Of a stretch of 64,000 nucleotides of DNA, positions 9,846-20,700 are shown piece by piece (positions within the stretch are counted from its first letter, which is position 1; each line of letters begins with the position of its first letter). This stretch comes from Schmidtea nova (taxonomy: Eukaryota). Where the stretch lies: positions 448,632,001 through 448,696,000 of the forward strand of contig CM097883.1 of the NCBI GenBank assembly GCA_044892505.1, given 5' to 3'. The notes beneath the pieces were generated by a model. The model was not told the origin of the DNA, did not search any database, and saw only the letters and a program-made list of their open reading frames with translations. The translations under genes and the position numbers were made by a program.

Positions 9846-11222
9846 TTACGCCAACCATCCTTTTCTGTCTGTTTTCTCATGCCTCTCCATCTCTATGTAT
9901 AGCGTGTCTGCATATAGTTGCTCCCATAGGTTTTCTTTCCTTATAAACATTGGTTCTCCTGCTGCTAGTCCGCATTCTGTCGTTGGTTTTTCGCTCGTAC
10001 TCGAATGTTTGTCTGTTTCAAAGAACTTTTCTACTGGTTTTCCCATACTTTTGATTCTTATAATGACTCCTATTTTCAAGGGCCATTCTATTAGGTCATC
10101 GTATTCTCCTTTACATAGTGAGAAGAATATTGACACGTGTGTTCCTTGTCCTCTTCCGTCTCCATTTGGGTATACTTTCAATCTTATTTTAACCCCGTTT
10201 TTCCATAAATAAAATGGTGGGCTTATTACTGCTGTTTTCGTCATATTTCTGGCTTCTGCTAGTTTGTCTCTGAAATCTGTTACTTTCCATAGGTAAGGTG
10301 CGATTGGTAAGTCCCTTCTTTCGTCAATTTCTCGTATTAACTGATTATATTGTATTTTCATTCCTTTTCCTAATTCTTCTATGGCTATTATTTTCTTTTC
10401 CATTCTTTCGCGAGTTAGTTCAAACTGCTCTCTTGTTTCTAGTAGTAAACTCATCATTATCTTATGTGATTCTACTTCTTTTTCTAATTTCTGGATTGTC
10501 TGTTCCGTTTCTTTTGTCGTTTCGTTTGTCATTTCCACATGCGTTAGTGCTGCTTCTTCTAGGTGTTGTTTCATTGATTGCCGCGTCCGCTTTTCTTTGC
10601 ATCCCTGCTTGTTATATGGACATTCTCTTGGTCTTTCGGTACATACTTTCCAATGTTCATGTAACTTTACTTCTTCTGTTATTTCGCAATTGTTTGGACA
10701 TTTACTTACATATTGTCTGCATACTTTCTCTTCTGTTATATTCAAGTGTTCCTCTTCGATTTTTCTCCTTGTTTCTCGAGTTTCACAATACTCGCATGCG
10801 ATTTCTTCTTCTTTACATTCTTCCTTGTGTTGTTCTCTCTTCTTTAGAGTTATTGTCTGTTGGCATTTCTCGCATTCGGCTCTCTTTTCCTCGCATTTTT
10901 CCATATGGTTCTCTAGATTGCTTATTTGTCCTTGCCATGTACAAGGTGTATTTACGCACTCCGTTATGGTGCTCATAATTTCTCTCTGGGTTGCTTTGTC
11001 CGTTCTGGTTTCGTTCAACACTATTCTTCCTTCTTTACATTCTGGGCATGTTGTTATTCCTGTTACATCTAGTTCTTGTATACATTTTGTACATATTCTA
11101 CATCCACATATCGTTTGTCTGGGTTCTCGTAATAAATTGTTACATTTTCCGCATGTGAGCCTCTTGCTCCATTTTCTGTTTTCTAATCTCAAAATTTCGA
11201 TTATTCGTTCTTCTCTGTCCAT
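9846..11222 (-). CDS. Element-borne complete TRAF-family protein (458 aa): RING, TRAF zinc fingers, coiled coil, MATH domain
   Basis: CGKCNNLLREPRQTICGCRICTKC...CPEC RING; CPYNKQGC zinc finger; MATH motifs YLWKVTDF, SPPFYL, LKVYPNGDGRGQGTHVSIFF, YDDLIEWP. Confidence 0.93.
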   Translation of the reverse strand: MDREERIIEILRLENRKWSKRLTCGKCNNLLREPRQTICGCRICTKCIQELDVTGITTCPECKEGRIVLNETRTDKATQREIMSTITECVNTPCTWQGQISNLENHMEKCEEKRAECEKCQQTITLKKREQHKEECKEEEIACEYCETRETRRKIEEEHLNITEEKVCRQYVSKCPNNCEITEEVKLHEHWKVCTERPRECPYNKQGCKEKRTRQSMKQHLEEAALTHVEMTNETTKETEQTIQKLEKEVESHKIMMSLLLETREQFELTRERMEKKIIAIEELGKGMKIQYNQLIREIDERRDLPIAPYLWKVTDFRDKLAEARNMTKTAVISPPFYLWKNGVKIRLKVYPNGDGRGQGTHVSIFFSLCKGEYDDLIEWPLKIGVIIRIKSMGKPVEKFFETDKHSSTSEKPTTECGLAAGEPMFIRKENLWEQLYADTLYIEMERHEKTDRKGWLA

Positions 11223-11314
11223 TTTCTACAATAATATATACATTCGACTTGTCATTTATTTTTGGTTTTTCTTGTTTTTATTTTTACATATTTACAGTTT
11301 TCCGCTTTATTTAT

Positions 11315-11671
11315 CTATGGCTCATTCGTTGAATCTGGTTCCGCTTCGTTGTTTAATCTATTTATTACCCAACTCATCCATCCTTCTTCGGATCCTTCTC
11401 TTTCTCCTCGTGTTAAATGGTTTATTTCTATTGCTTGTCTTTGATTGATATTGCTTATATTTTGATTTTCTCTGGTGAGCTCGGTTATCACTCTTTGTTG
11501 TTCTTCTATTCTGTGTAATTGTTCGAAACAGTTGTTATAACTTTCTGATAATAACATTTGTCTTTCCGCTAATTGGTTCTGTAATGAGTTGACTGTTCGT
11601 ACTAATAAATCACATTGTGCCTTCCATCTCATAGCCATAGTTATTTCAGTTGTTTCGTCCTGTTCGGTCAT
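11315..11671 (-). CDS. Accessory short coiled-coil protein (118 aa)
   Basis: Heptad-like L/Q/E pattern; ATG after atttAG-aa; first ORF after the polyprotein stop. Confidence 0.7.
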   Translation of the reverse strand: MTEQDETTEITMAMRWKAQCDLLVRTVNSLQNQLAERQMLLSESYNNCFEQLHRIEEQQRVITELTRENQNISNINQRQAIEINHLTRGEREGSEEGWMSWVINRLNNEAEPDSTNEP

Positions 11672-11795
11672 TTCTAAATTATATACATCATTTACTTTGT
11701 TTTCCTAGCTTTTTACAATTTTTATAATATCGATACCCATACTATTACGGTAATGCTTTGTTATTTACACTATTATTTACAGTCATAATCCGCCC

Positions 11796-14700
11796 CTATA
11801 CCATCATTATCGTCTTTTCCTCGTATCGTTCTTCATCTTCTATTTGTTTCCAGAATTCTTTACCTTTCGTTCTTCTTTGGAATTCTTGCTGTATCTCTTC
11901 TGGTATTTCTATTCTTTGCTTCATAATTTTAATATCTGGCCATTGTATGGCTGTCGCTTTGTTTCTCTTTCTGTATCTCCAATATATTATCATGCTTGTC
12001 GTCATTATCCCATATGCTATTAATATTCCTATACTGATTAATCCTATTACTGTTTTTCCACGGTTTGTTTCTCCTTTATTCTGGTTCGCTTTTATCTCAT
12101 TTTGGGTTTGAGCCTCTGGCTTCCTCTCTTTCTGTATTTGACTCTTAACTTTGTTCATTACTTCTTGTGTAGACCAATGGCGATTTAGTAGTTGTTTGAC
12201 GTTATTTTCTTTTGTTCGGTTTTCCACGTTTCCTGGTTCGATCTGCTGTTGTAGTTTCTCTGAGATCTGATATAATCCGCATTCTGGGTTTTCTGAACCT
12301 TTACTGGTGAAGGTACATATCGCGTATGTCCTATTTACTTCCATTTTCTTTAATTCGACTTTTTCTTTATTCTTTATTTCTTTACAGTGGGTTAGGTTGT
12401 CTTCTTCCCCTTCTGGGTTATGCTTTGTCCAACATATTCCTTTAACTGTCTGATCGAGTCCTGTTAATGTCAGAGTTCTTTCTGTCTTTGTTAATTCTTC
12501 TTCATCGAATTTCAGTATTTCTCCTTTTTGGAATGTCTTGCAATGCTCTATTCCCTCTTGGATTCCTCTCTCCCAGATACATATACTTCCTTCTTCATTC
12601 ATTTGTATTTCTTGTATTTCGATTTCCTTGTTTGTTTGTGATTCGTCGCTTGTCTGTACTTGGTATTCCTTCCTTGGTTCGTTGTATGTTCCCCAGCATA
12701 GTTTGTTGCTACTTGTTTTCCTTATTGTTATGGCCATTTGTTCTATTATTATTCCTTTATCGATGCGTTTGGACATTGCTAGTATTAATGCTATGCATAC
12801 GCACTCCTGTTGGGGTGATATTCTTTCTCTCGTTTTATTGGTGCTTCTCTCCCCTTCTCTTGGTTTGTTCGTTGTATTTTCCTTCTGAGTTGCTGGTCGA
12901 TCTATTGTGGTTTTGATCTCTTTCTTTGTTGGTTTTACTTTGTACCACTCAAGTCTGGGCGTTTCATTTTTTTGACATACGACTGTCTTAGGTAGCCCTG
13001 ACTTCTTTTCCTTTCCTATTATACATATCCGATGCATGATTCCTCTGTCCATCCCTTCTATTCGTACTATATCCTGGTCGGATTTTCTGATTATGCATTT
13101 TAGTGGGTTATCTTTCCCAATTGGTTCATCCTCTCTATTCCAGCATATTTTCTCGACCTCCTGGACATTTACTATTTTTATCCCTGTTTGTAGGTTTGTT
13201 GCTTCTTCCCTATTGATTAATGTCAATATTATTGTTAGACCCAACCATCTTGAACTCTGCGATAGGCTTCTGGTTCGCCTTTCATATTTTTTCTCTTCGC
13301 CTTTAGTCTCTTTCGTTTCCTTGTCTTTGTTGTTTATTCCTAGTTTTCCGCTTTTTGCTTCTTTCTCTTTTGGTTCTTCTCGTGCTTTTTCTTCTAGCAT
13401 TTCTACTCCATGGCTTGTATTATCTATATTTAGCCATTGGGTTGTTGATTTTCTTGGGCTTATCTTGCGTATCCATATAGCTGATAACGCGATTATTACT
13501 GGTATGGTTGCTGTTAATATTCCTAAGCCGATTAGTTCTTTAATTTCTTTATTCTCGTCTGTTTGTATAGGTTCGCTTTGGTTGAACATTATTCCGTATT
13601 GTCCCTTTAGTTTTCTCATTAATTGTTCTCGTTCCTCTTGCTTTCTTTTGACTTCTTTGATAACTTCTTCAGGTGTCCATTTTGCTTGAGGGTCGGTTAT
13701 TGTTTTTTCTGCGTCCATTTGTTCATTCGTTTGGCTTAGTTCCCTGAATTCGAGTTTCCTTGTTATTCCTTTCGATGTTGCGTTCGCTGGTGTATAGTAG
13801 GTTTCGCATCTTTCTTGTTGGTTTCCTAGTGCGTCCGTCTTTTCTATTGTACATACTTCATACTCGCTATTAAATTGTAGTTTTTCGATCTTGATTTCTT
13901 TATTTGTTTTTCTGCACTCTCTTGATTGTCTTCTTATATGTTTCTGAACTATTATCCAACATATCTCTAATGTTTTATTCTCTATTTTCCATAATGTCAG
14001 AGTTGCTGATGTCTTTTTCTCGGATTTTGTCGTAACTTCTTGGCTTATCGGTTGTTTATTGTTTTTAAAGGTAGTGGTGTACTTCGGTTTCCCTTTGTTT
14101 CGTTGTCTTCTTTTATTTTTTCGTGTTAACGTTTTAGTTCTGGTTCCGGATGAAGTGGTGTATATTCCGCATTCTAGGTCGTTTATCGTTATCTGATCAT
14201 TTTTCTTTACCAGACATATTTCGTAAGTTTGTTTACTTTCTAAACCTTTTATTTGTATCGTCGTTGCTCCTGTGCTTGTTCGACATTGTGGTGTCTTTCT
14301 TTCATTCGTTTCTTTTTCGTACTTCCTCCAGCATACTCCTTTCACATTTGGTTCTATTTCTTTTATTTCTAATGTTATGTTCAGTTTCTGCTTGATTTGT
14401 TTATTTCTCTTCCTCGTTCTCCTTCGGAACTTTATTACCTCTCCAGGTTGGAATGTTTTACATTTTGTGGTACCTTTCTTGTTCCTCTCTTTCTCAAGTA
14501 GGCATAGTTTGTACGTCTTGTCTGCTCTTACTTCGGATACTTTAATTACTTTGTTTGTTGTGGGTTTTCGACTTTTCCTTATTTCATTTACGCCGATTTC
14601 TTCGTCATTCCTCGCCCAACATTTTATGTTAGTGTTCTGTGTATCTTCCACTTCTGTTATTGTCATAGTTTCAATTTCTATTCCTTCCTCTAATCGTTTT

Positions 14701-17700
14701 ATTATTATTAGTATGAGTGCTAAGCATAATACTTCCATTTGGTAAGACACTCTTTCGGTTTCGTTTGTGGCAATTCTTGTTTCGGGCCTCTCTATTGTAA
14801 TTCGTAGGGTTGGTGTTGTTTGCTTATCTATTGCCTGGGGTTTTTTATTTTCTGTTCTCTGTGTCTCTGTTCTTCCACATTTTCCGATGATGTAATCTCC
14901 TTTGGGTGACTGTTGTATTGTCATGGCTGCTTTAGGTGTTTGGTATTTTGCACATGCGATTGTGTTGTGTGATCTTGGATGTTTTTGTTTCCTAACGGTG
15001 CATATTTTGTACCAGGTGTCTAGATCTAGGTCGTTGATCTCTATGATCTCTTGCTCGTGTTTTGAGATTCTGCAATCCATCGGGCTATTTTGTTCCGTGA
15101 TTTTGTCCTTTTTTGACCAACATACTCGTTCGATTCCTTTTGCGTTTTTTATTTGTATTATTGCCCTTTCTTCACATGTCATTCCTTGACTTGGGTTAAT
15201 TAACGTTAAAATCACTGTTAATAATAGTAATTCTGGTTTGAAGAATGGTTTTATGGTTGATTTATAACTTGTTCTTTGGGTGTCATTTTTATCTCCTTGG
15301 TCGTTTTTTCCTTGTTCTCCATCTCCATCTCTTTGTTTTTCGTCTTCACTTTTCTTTTCTTCTTTGTCTCGTTTCTTGTCTTTTCTCTCGTTTTCTTCTT
15401 TATCGGGTGGTTCGTGATCGTTCGAATTTTCTGAGTTGTTACCGTCGTCACTATCTGTATTGTCATCTCCCCCTGGCTCGTCGAAAATGTCGTCCTCGAC
15501 ATTGATTTCTTCTATCAATTTTGCATATGCCAATGTCGTTAGATTACTTGCCTCAAATTCTTGTGTTTCTACTTGCTCCGGTATTGCTTTGTTAGTGGAT
15601 TTATGTTCCAAGATTTCCTTTTTGGCCTTGATCCAATTGTTGATGTATGTCTTCATCAATTCTTTCCATTTGCCTGTGTATTTTTCTTCTTTCGGGCTGT
15701 TTGTGATTCTTAGATCCTTTCTTTCCATAAACATCTTCAATATCTCTGGCCATTTATACGTTATTAAGGCACTTCTTATACACCAGTTTTGGTTATGTTC
15801 TGTAAACTTATTAATCCTGAATGCTGGTTCGTTAGTATTAGGATTTATCCACGTAAGTATTGATTCTGTTAGTTCGACGTTGTTCATCATTGCTAGTACA
15901 CTGGGTTTCTTGACCGTATCAGTTAGGTGATCTATTTCTTCCTGATTTGGGACGGTTTTTAGGAAGTTGACCATTTCCCAATTATGTGTTAGTAACGCTA
16001 CATCCAAAATTGAATTATCTTTATCTGTTTTACCTGTAAGTCCTGCACCTGCTTTGTATAGTTCCTCTAATACCTTTGTTTTCGTTTTGGCCCTTGCTGC
16101 AAATACCATAAGTGTATCTCCTTTCTCGTCTATCATATTCATATTGCTTCCGCAATTTAGCATTACTCTTGCAATCTCCATTACTTTTCTATCTTTGCCA
16201 TTTCGTAGAGCTCTATGTGGGGGCATTATTCCGTCCTTTGGTAGTAAAAATGTTACTGGCATCTCCTTTTTTATTATTACTATGTCGTTTCCGTTGTAAG
16301 TTCCTTTTGCGTATGCGTGTACTTTTTCAACTAATGCACCGAGTATTTCCAGTGCATGTTTACTATTCTCGAATTCTGGTAACAATTCTTTTGCTTTTTC
16401 TTGTATCGCATCTAGTCTAGCTTGGTATGGTGCTTCTGCTTTAAAGAGTGGTGTGAGTTTCTTGTTACTTTCTCTTTCTTTTTTCTCCAAAACCTGTTTG
16501 CATTTTTCGGGATGGTTTAAGATTTTCACTAATTCCTCGTACTCACTTACTATTGTCTGGTATTTCTCGTTAAAATTGTTTATGTCTTTGTATGTTATTA
16601 GTTTGTCAAATGGTTTCGCACACCATTTCCTAATCTTGTTGAATAAGGCTTCCTTCTCTTTATCGAATTTGTATTCTTCTTCATTCTTTGTGATGTTTAT
16701 GTTTCCTCTGTCTAATAAGGTTAGTAATGTCTTCTGATCACAAGTAAATTTCAGAAGATATCTTAACAACGCGTTTTGTCCTTCGCTGTATACTTCGTTT
16801 ATGTCTAAGACCCATGTATCATCTTCTGGTCGTTTCCATTTGACTAACTTACGGATCGTGTTGCATTTACCAATTTTGATTGCCTCTTTGATAATGTCTC
16901 CTTTAACTAGTTCGTCTATCTCCCAAGTGGAGTTAACTATTATGTATTTCAGCATTGGTTGGTGAGAACTCCATATTACGTGATTTAGCACTGTTTTGTC
17001 CTCTCTATCTCGTTCTGTCCAACTGAAATGGGCTTTTATCAATAAATCTACCATTTCTTTATCTGCTTGGTGGATTGCGGCTGTCATTAATGGAGTTTCT
17101 TGTTCACGATTCCCTACGTCCAAGTTTTGGTTTGTTTCTTTTGCGATTTTTAGGAATTCTTTTGCTCTTTCAATGTTTTTACACTCTATCGCATTATGTA
17201 AGGCTGGTTGTCCTCCTACATCTTTCAATAAGAGTATTTCAGGGATTTTTTCCAATAATTCAGAAATAATTGGTTCGGTTGGTAATCCTTGCGCGTAACG
17301 GCTAATCATATGTCTAATATCCCTTGATATGCCTGCTTCGTCTCTAACATGCCATCTTCCCATTATTTCTCTCGCCTTCAATATGATCTCTTTGTTTCTG
17401 ATTTCTTTTTGCCTTATTTCTGCTTTGTCGTCTTCAGTTACATTAGCTCTGAGCATATTTATCCTGGCTGTTTGTGATCTAGTTATTATTCGATTTTCTG
17501 GTGTTGTAGTTATCGTTTTAGGCACCTTTTTACATCTGCAGGTGTTTACATATATGGGTCGTATTAAGGGTCGATTTATTAGCTTAACTTTGACATTATT
17601 GTCCTTTTTGTATATAATTTCATAAGGTCCTCTTCCAGGTCTTTGGAGTTTCTTAACTGTTCCTGGTATTATTTCGGGAGTTTCTATTATCACCCAATCT

Positions 17701-20700
17701 CCTGGTTTTAGATCGTTCGCTTTAACATTTTTCTTCTGATCGTGTAAGTCCTTATAACTTTCCTGATAAAATTTAATGTTGAGTTCTGCCGTTTTCCATA
17801 TTTCCTGCATTCTTTCTTTGAATTTGGTTATGTAGTCGTCGTCTTCCATATATTGCGATAGTGGTGGCTGATACTCTAAATCTATGGGCATGTTGCATTC
17901 TCTTCCATACATAAGTTGAAATGGGCTTAGTTTTGTTGCTGCATGTATCGACATTCGGTATGCCATTAAACATAATTTTATGTATTCGTCCCAATCAGTT
18001 TGATGTCTGCTGACGTAATTTGATAACATTCTAATCAATGTACCATTGAATCGCTCCGTTTGTCCATTCGTTTGCGGGTGATATGGTGAAGTTCTCAATT
18101 TTGCTATTCTGAAATAGTTTGTTACCTCGTTCAATAGCTCGCTCATAAAATTAGTTCCTTGGTCTGTGAGAATTTGTTTTGGGGTTCCGTATCTGCAACA
18201 TATTTCTTCCACTAAAATTTTTGCTACAGTTTTTGCTTTTTGGTCTTGCATGGCAAATGCTTCCGGGAATTTTGTCAGATAATCTGTTATCACTAATATA
18301 TAAATATTTCCGTTTAGACTTTCCGGTAATGGTCCTATTACGTCCATTGCTATAGTTGTCATTGGCTCTGCTGGTATCGGCATTGGTTGTAGCGGGTTCT
18401 TCCATTTCTTCCCACTATCCTTTCTGGTTGCGCAAGTTAGACAATTTTTAATCCATTCTTTTATATCTTCTTCCATTGTTCGCCAATAATATTTTTGTCT
18501 CATACGATTTATTGTCTTCTTCTCGGACATATGGCCTCCTAATTTCCCATCATGGTACTGGATCATTATCTCTTTCCTTCTGTTTTCCGGTAAACACATC
18601 AATCTCTTTTCTCCGTCTTGTATTAACAACCATCCTTTATTTATTATGTAGCGATGTTGATATTTTCCTATATGTTCCTTTAATTCCTTATTCTCTTTGA
18701 ATACCTCCATGTTTCGAGATGTTAGGAACTCTATGATTTGTCCTAATTCTTTGTCTTCTTGTTGATCTTTCTTAAGCTCGCTAAAATCTAAATCTTCTGC
18801 TATTAATACACAAATTCGTTGTACATCAGGATCGGTTAATTCCGGAAATGTCAGTCTTGACATACAGTCTGCATTCGCATTTGCTCGTCCTGATTTAAAT
18901 TTTATGTCCGGTGAGTACTCCTGTAATTGCATTGCCCATCGCATTAGTCTACTAGATGTTTCCTTGTGCTGTCCTAACCATACAAGCGGTTGGTGATCTG
19001 TTGTTATGCAGATGATGTGTCCCCATAATAAATATTTAAAATGTTTTATTGCTAGTATAATTGCTAATGCTTCTCGCTCGGTTACCGAGTAGTTTTTCTC
19101 ATGCTTTTTGAATGTCCGGCTATAATATCCGATTACCCGTTCTTTTCCTTCATCGTCGTATTGTCCTAATACTGCTCCTGCTGCATATCCGCTTGCATCT
19201 GTTGCAAGTAGGAATGGCTTCTTAAAGTCTGGGTGTACCAATATGGGTGCGGTTATCAATTTATCTCTCAACGTTTCAAAGGCTGTTTGTTGTTCATCTC
19301 CCCATATGAATGATACATCTTTCTTTACCAGTTCCTGTATAGGCTTTGCGATTCCGGCGTAATCTTTTATAAACTTCCTATAATATCCACATAATCCGAG
19401 AAATTCTTGTATTTGGGTTATTGTTTTTGGTACTGGACATTCTTTTACCTTGTCGATGTTTCTAGGATCCGGTTCTTTTCCTTTTGCTGACACTATATGT
19501 CCTAAAAATGTAACCTTTTCTTTTGCCCAGTCACACTTGGATGGCTTGAGTTTTAACTTCCATTGTCTAAGTCTAACGAATACATCTCGAATATCCTGTA
19601 TGTGTTGTTCGAATGTACTAGAGTAAATCAATAAGTCGTCGATGTAGACCATGCACTGCTTTATTCCATGGGTGATGAAATTCATGCATCTCTGAAATGA
19701 TGCTGGTGCGTTCGTTAATCCAAATGGCATCTTTCGAAATTGATATAGGTCTCTACCGATGGTAAAGGCAGTTTTCTCTTTATCTTCTTCCTTCATTTTT
19801 ATTTGCCAATATCCGCTTTTCAGATCTAACGACGTAAAATATGCTGCTCCTTGTAATGTTAGTAGCATCTCGTTGATGTCTGGTAATGGGTAAGTATCTC
19901 GTTTTGTCACTGTATTCAATCTTCGGTAATCTATACAGAATCTCTGTGTTCCGTCTTTCTTCTTCACCATTACCACTGGAAATTGCCAGGGTGAACAACT
20001 TGGTTCGATTACTTCTGCATCCAACATTTTTTTCACTTCTGCTTCTGCTACTGCTTTCTGTGCTTCCGCTAATTTGTACGGCCTTAATGCAATTGGTGTT
20101 TCATCTGTTAATGGTATTGTATGTAGTGTGACATCACATGTTCCTAGATCCAAATCGGATGCTGCAAATATATCCTTATACTCTATCAGGAGTTTTTCTA
20201 ACTGCTTCCTTTGATCCTCATTTAATAATTCACTATCTATATTCCAGGTTGGCTCTTTATCTTTCTCTGCTCCTTCTATTGGTAGTTCGATATCCATCAT
20301 TGGGGTTAGTTTGCCTAATCTTTCGTTTTCGTAGATTATTTTGTCCTCTTCATCGAAGTTTACTATGTTTATTGGGATTTCTCCATCGTCATTTATGTTG
20401 ACTAGTCCTCTTGCCATTGGCAACGCTTTTCTTTTCTCGAATCTTTTACTTGGTTCGAAAATCATATCCCCTTGGATTATTGGATCTATTTTTACATAAC
20501 ATATTTTTTCCTTTCTTGCGGGTATGATCATTTGCTTTGAACTCGTCACTTTAGCTTCTATTGCGCATATCTGCCCTGTGCGATCCCTCAGTCTCATTGT
20601 TCCGAGATCGATTACAATTTCTTTAAATAATGCTGGCATCAAATCTGTTCCGATGATGCAAGGTACGCTTAACGCTGGTATGACTGCTACATACGTATCG

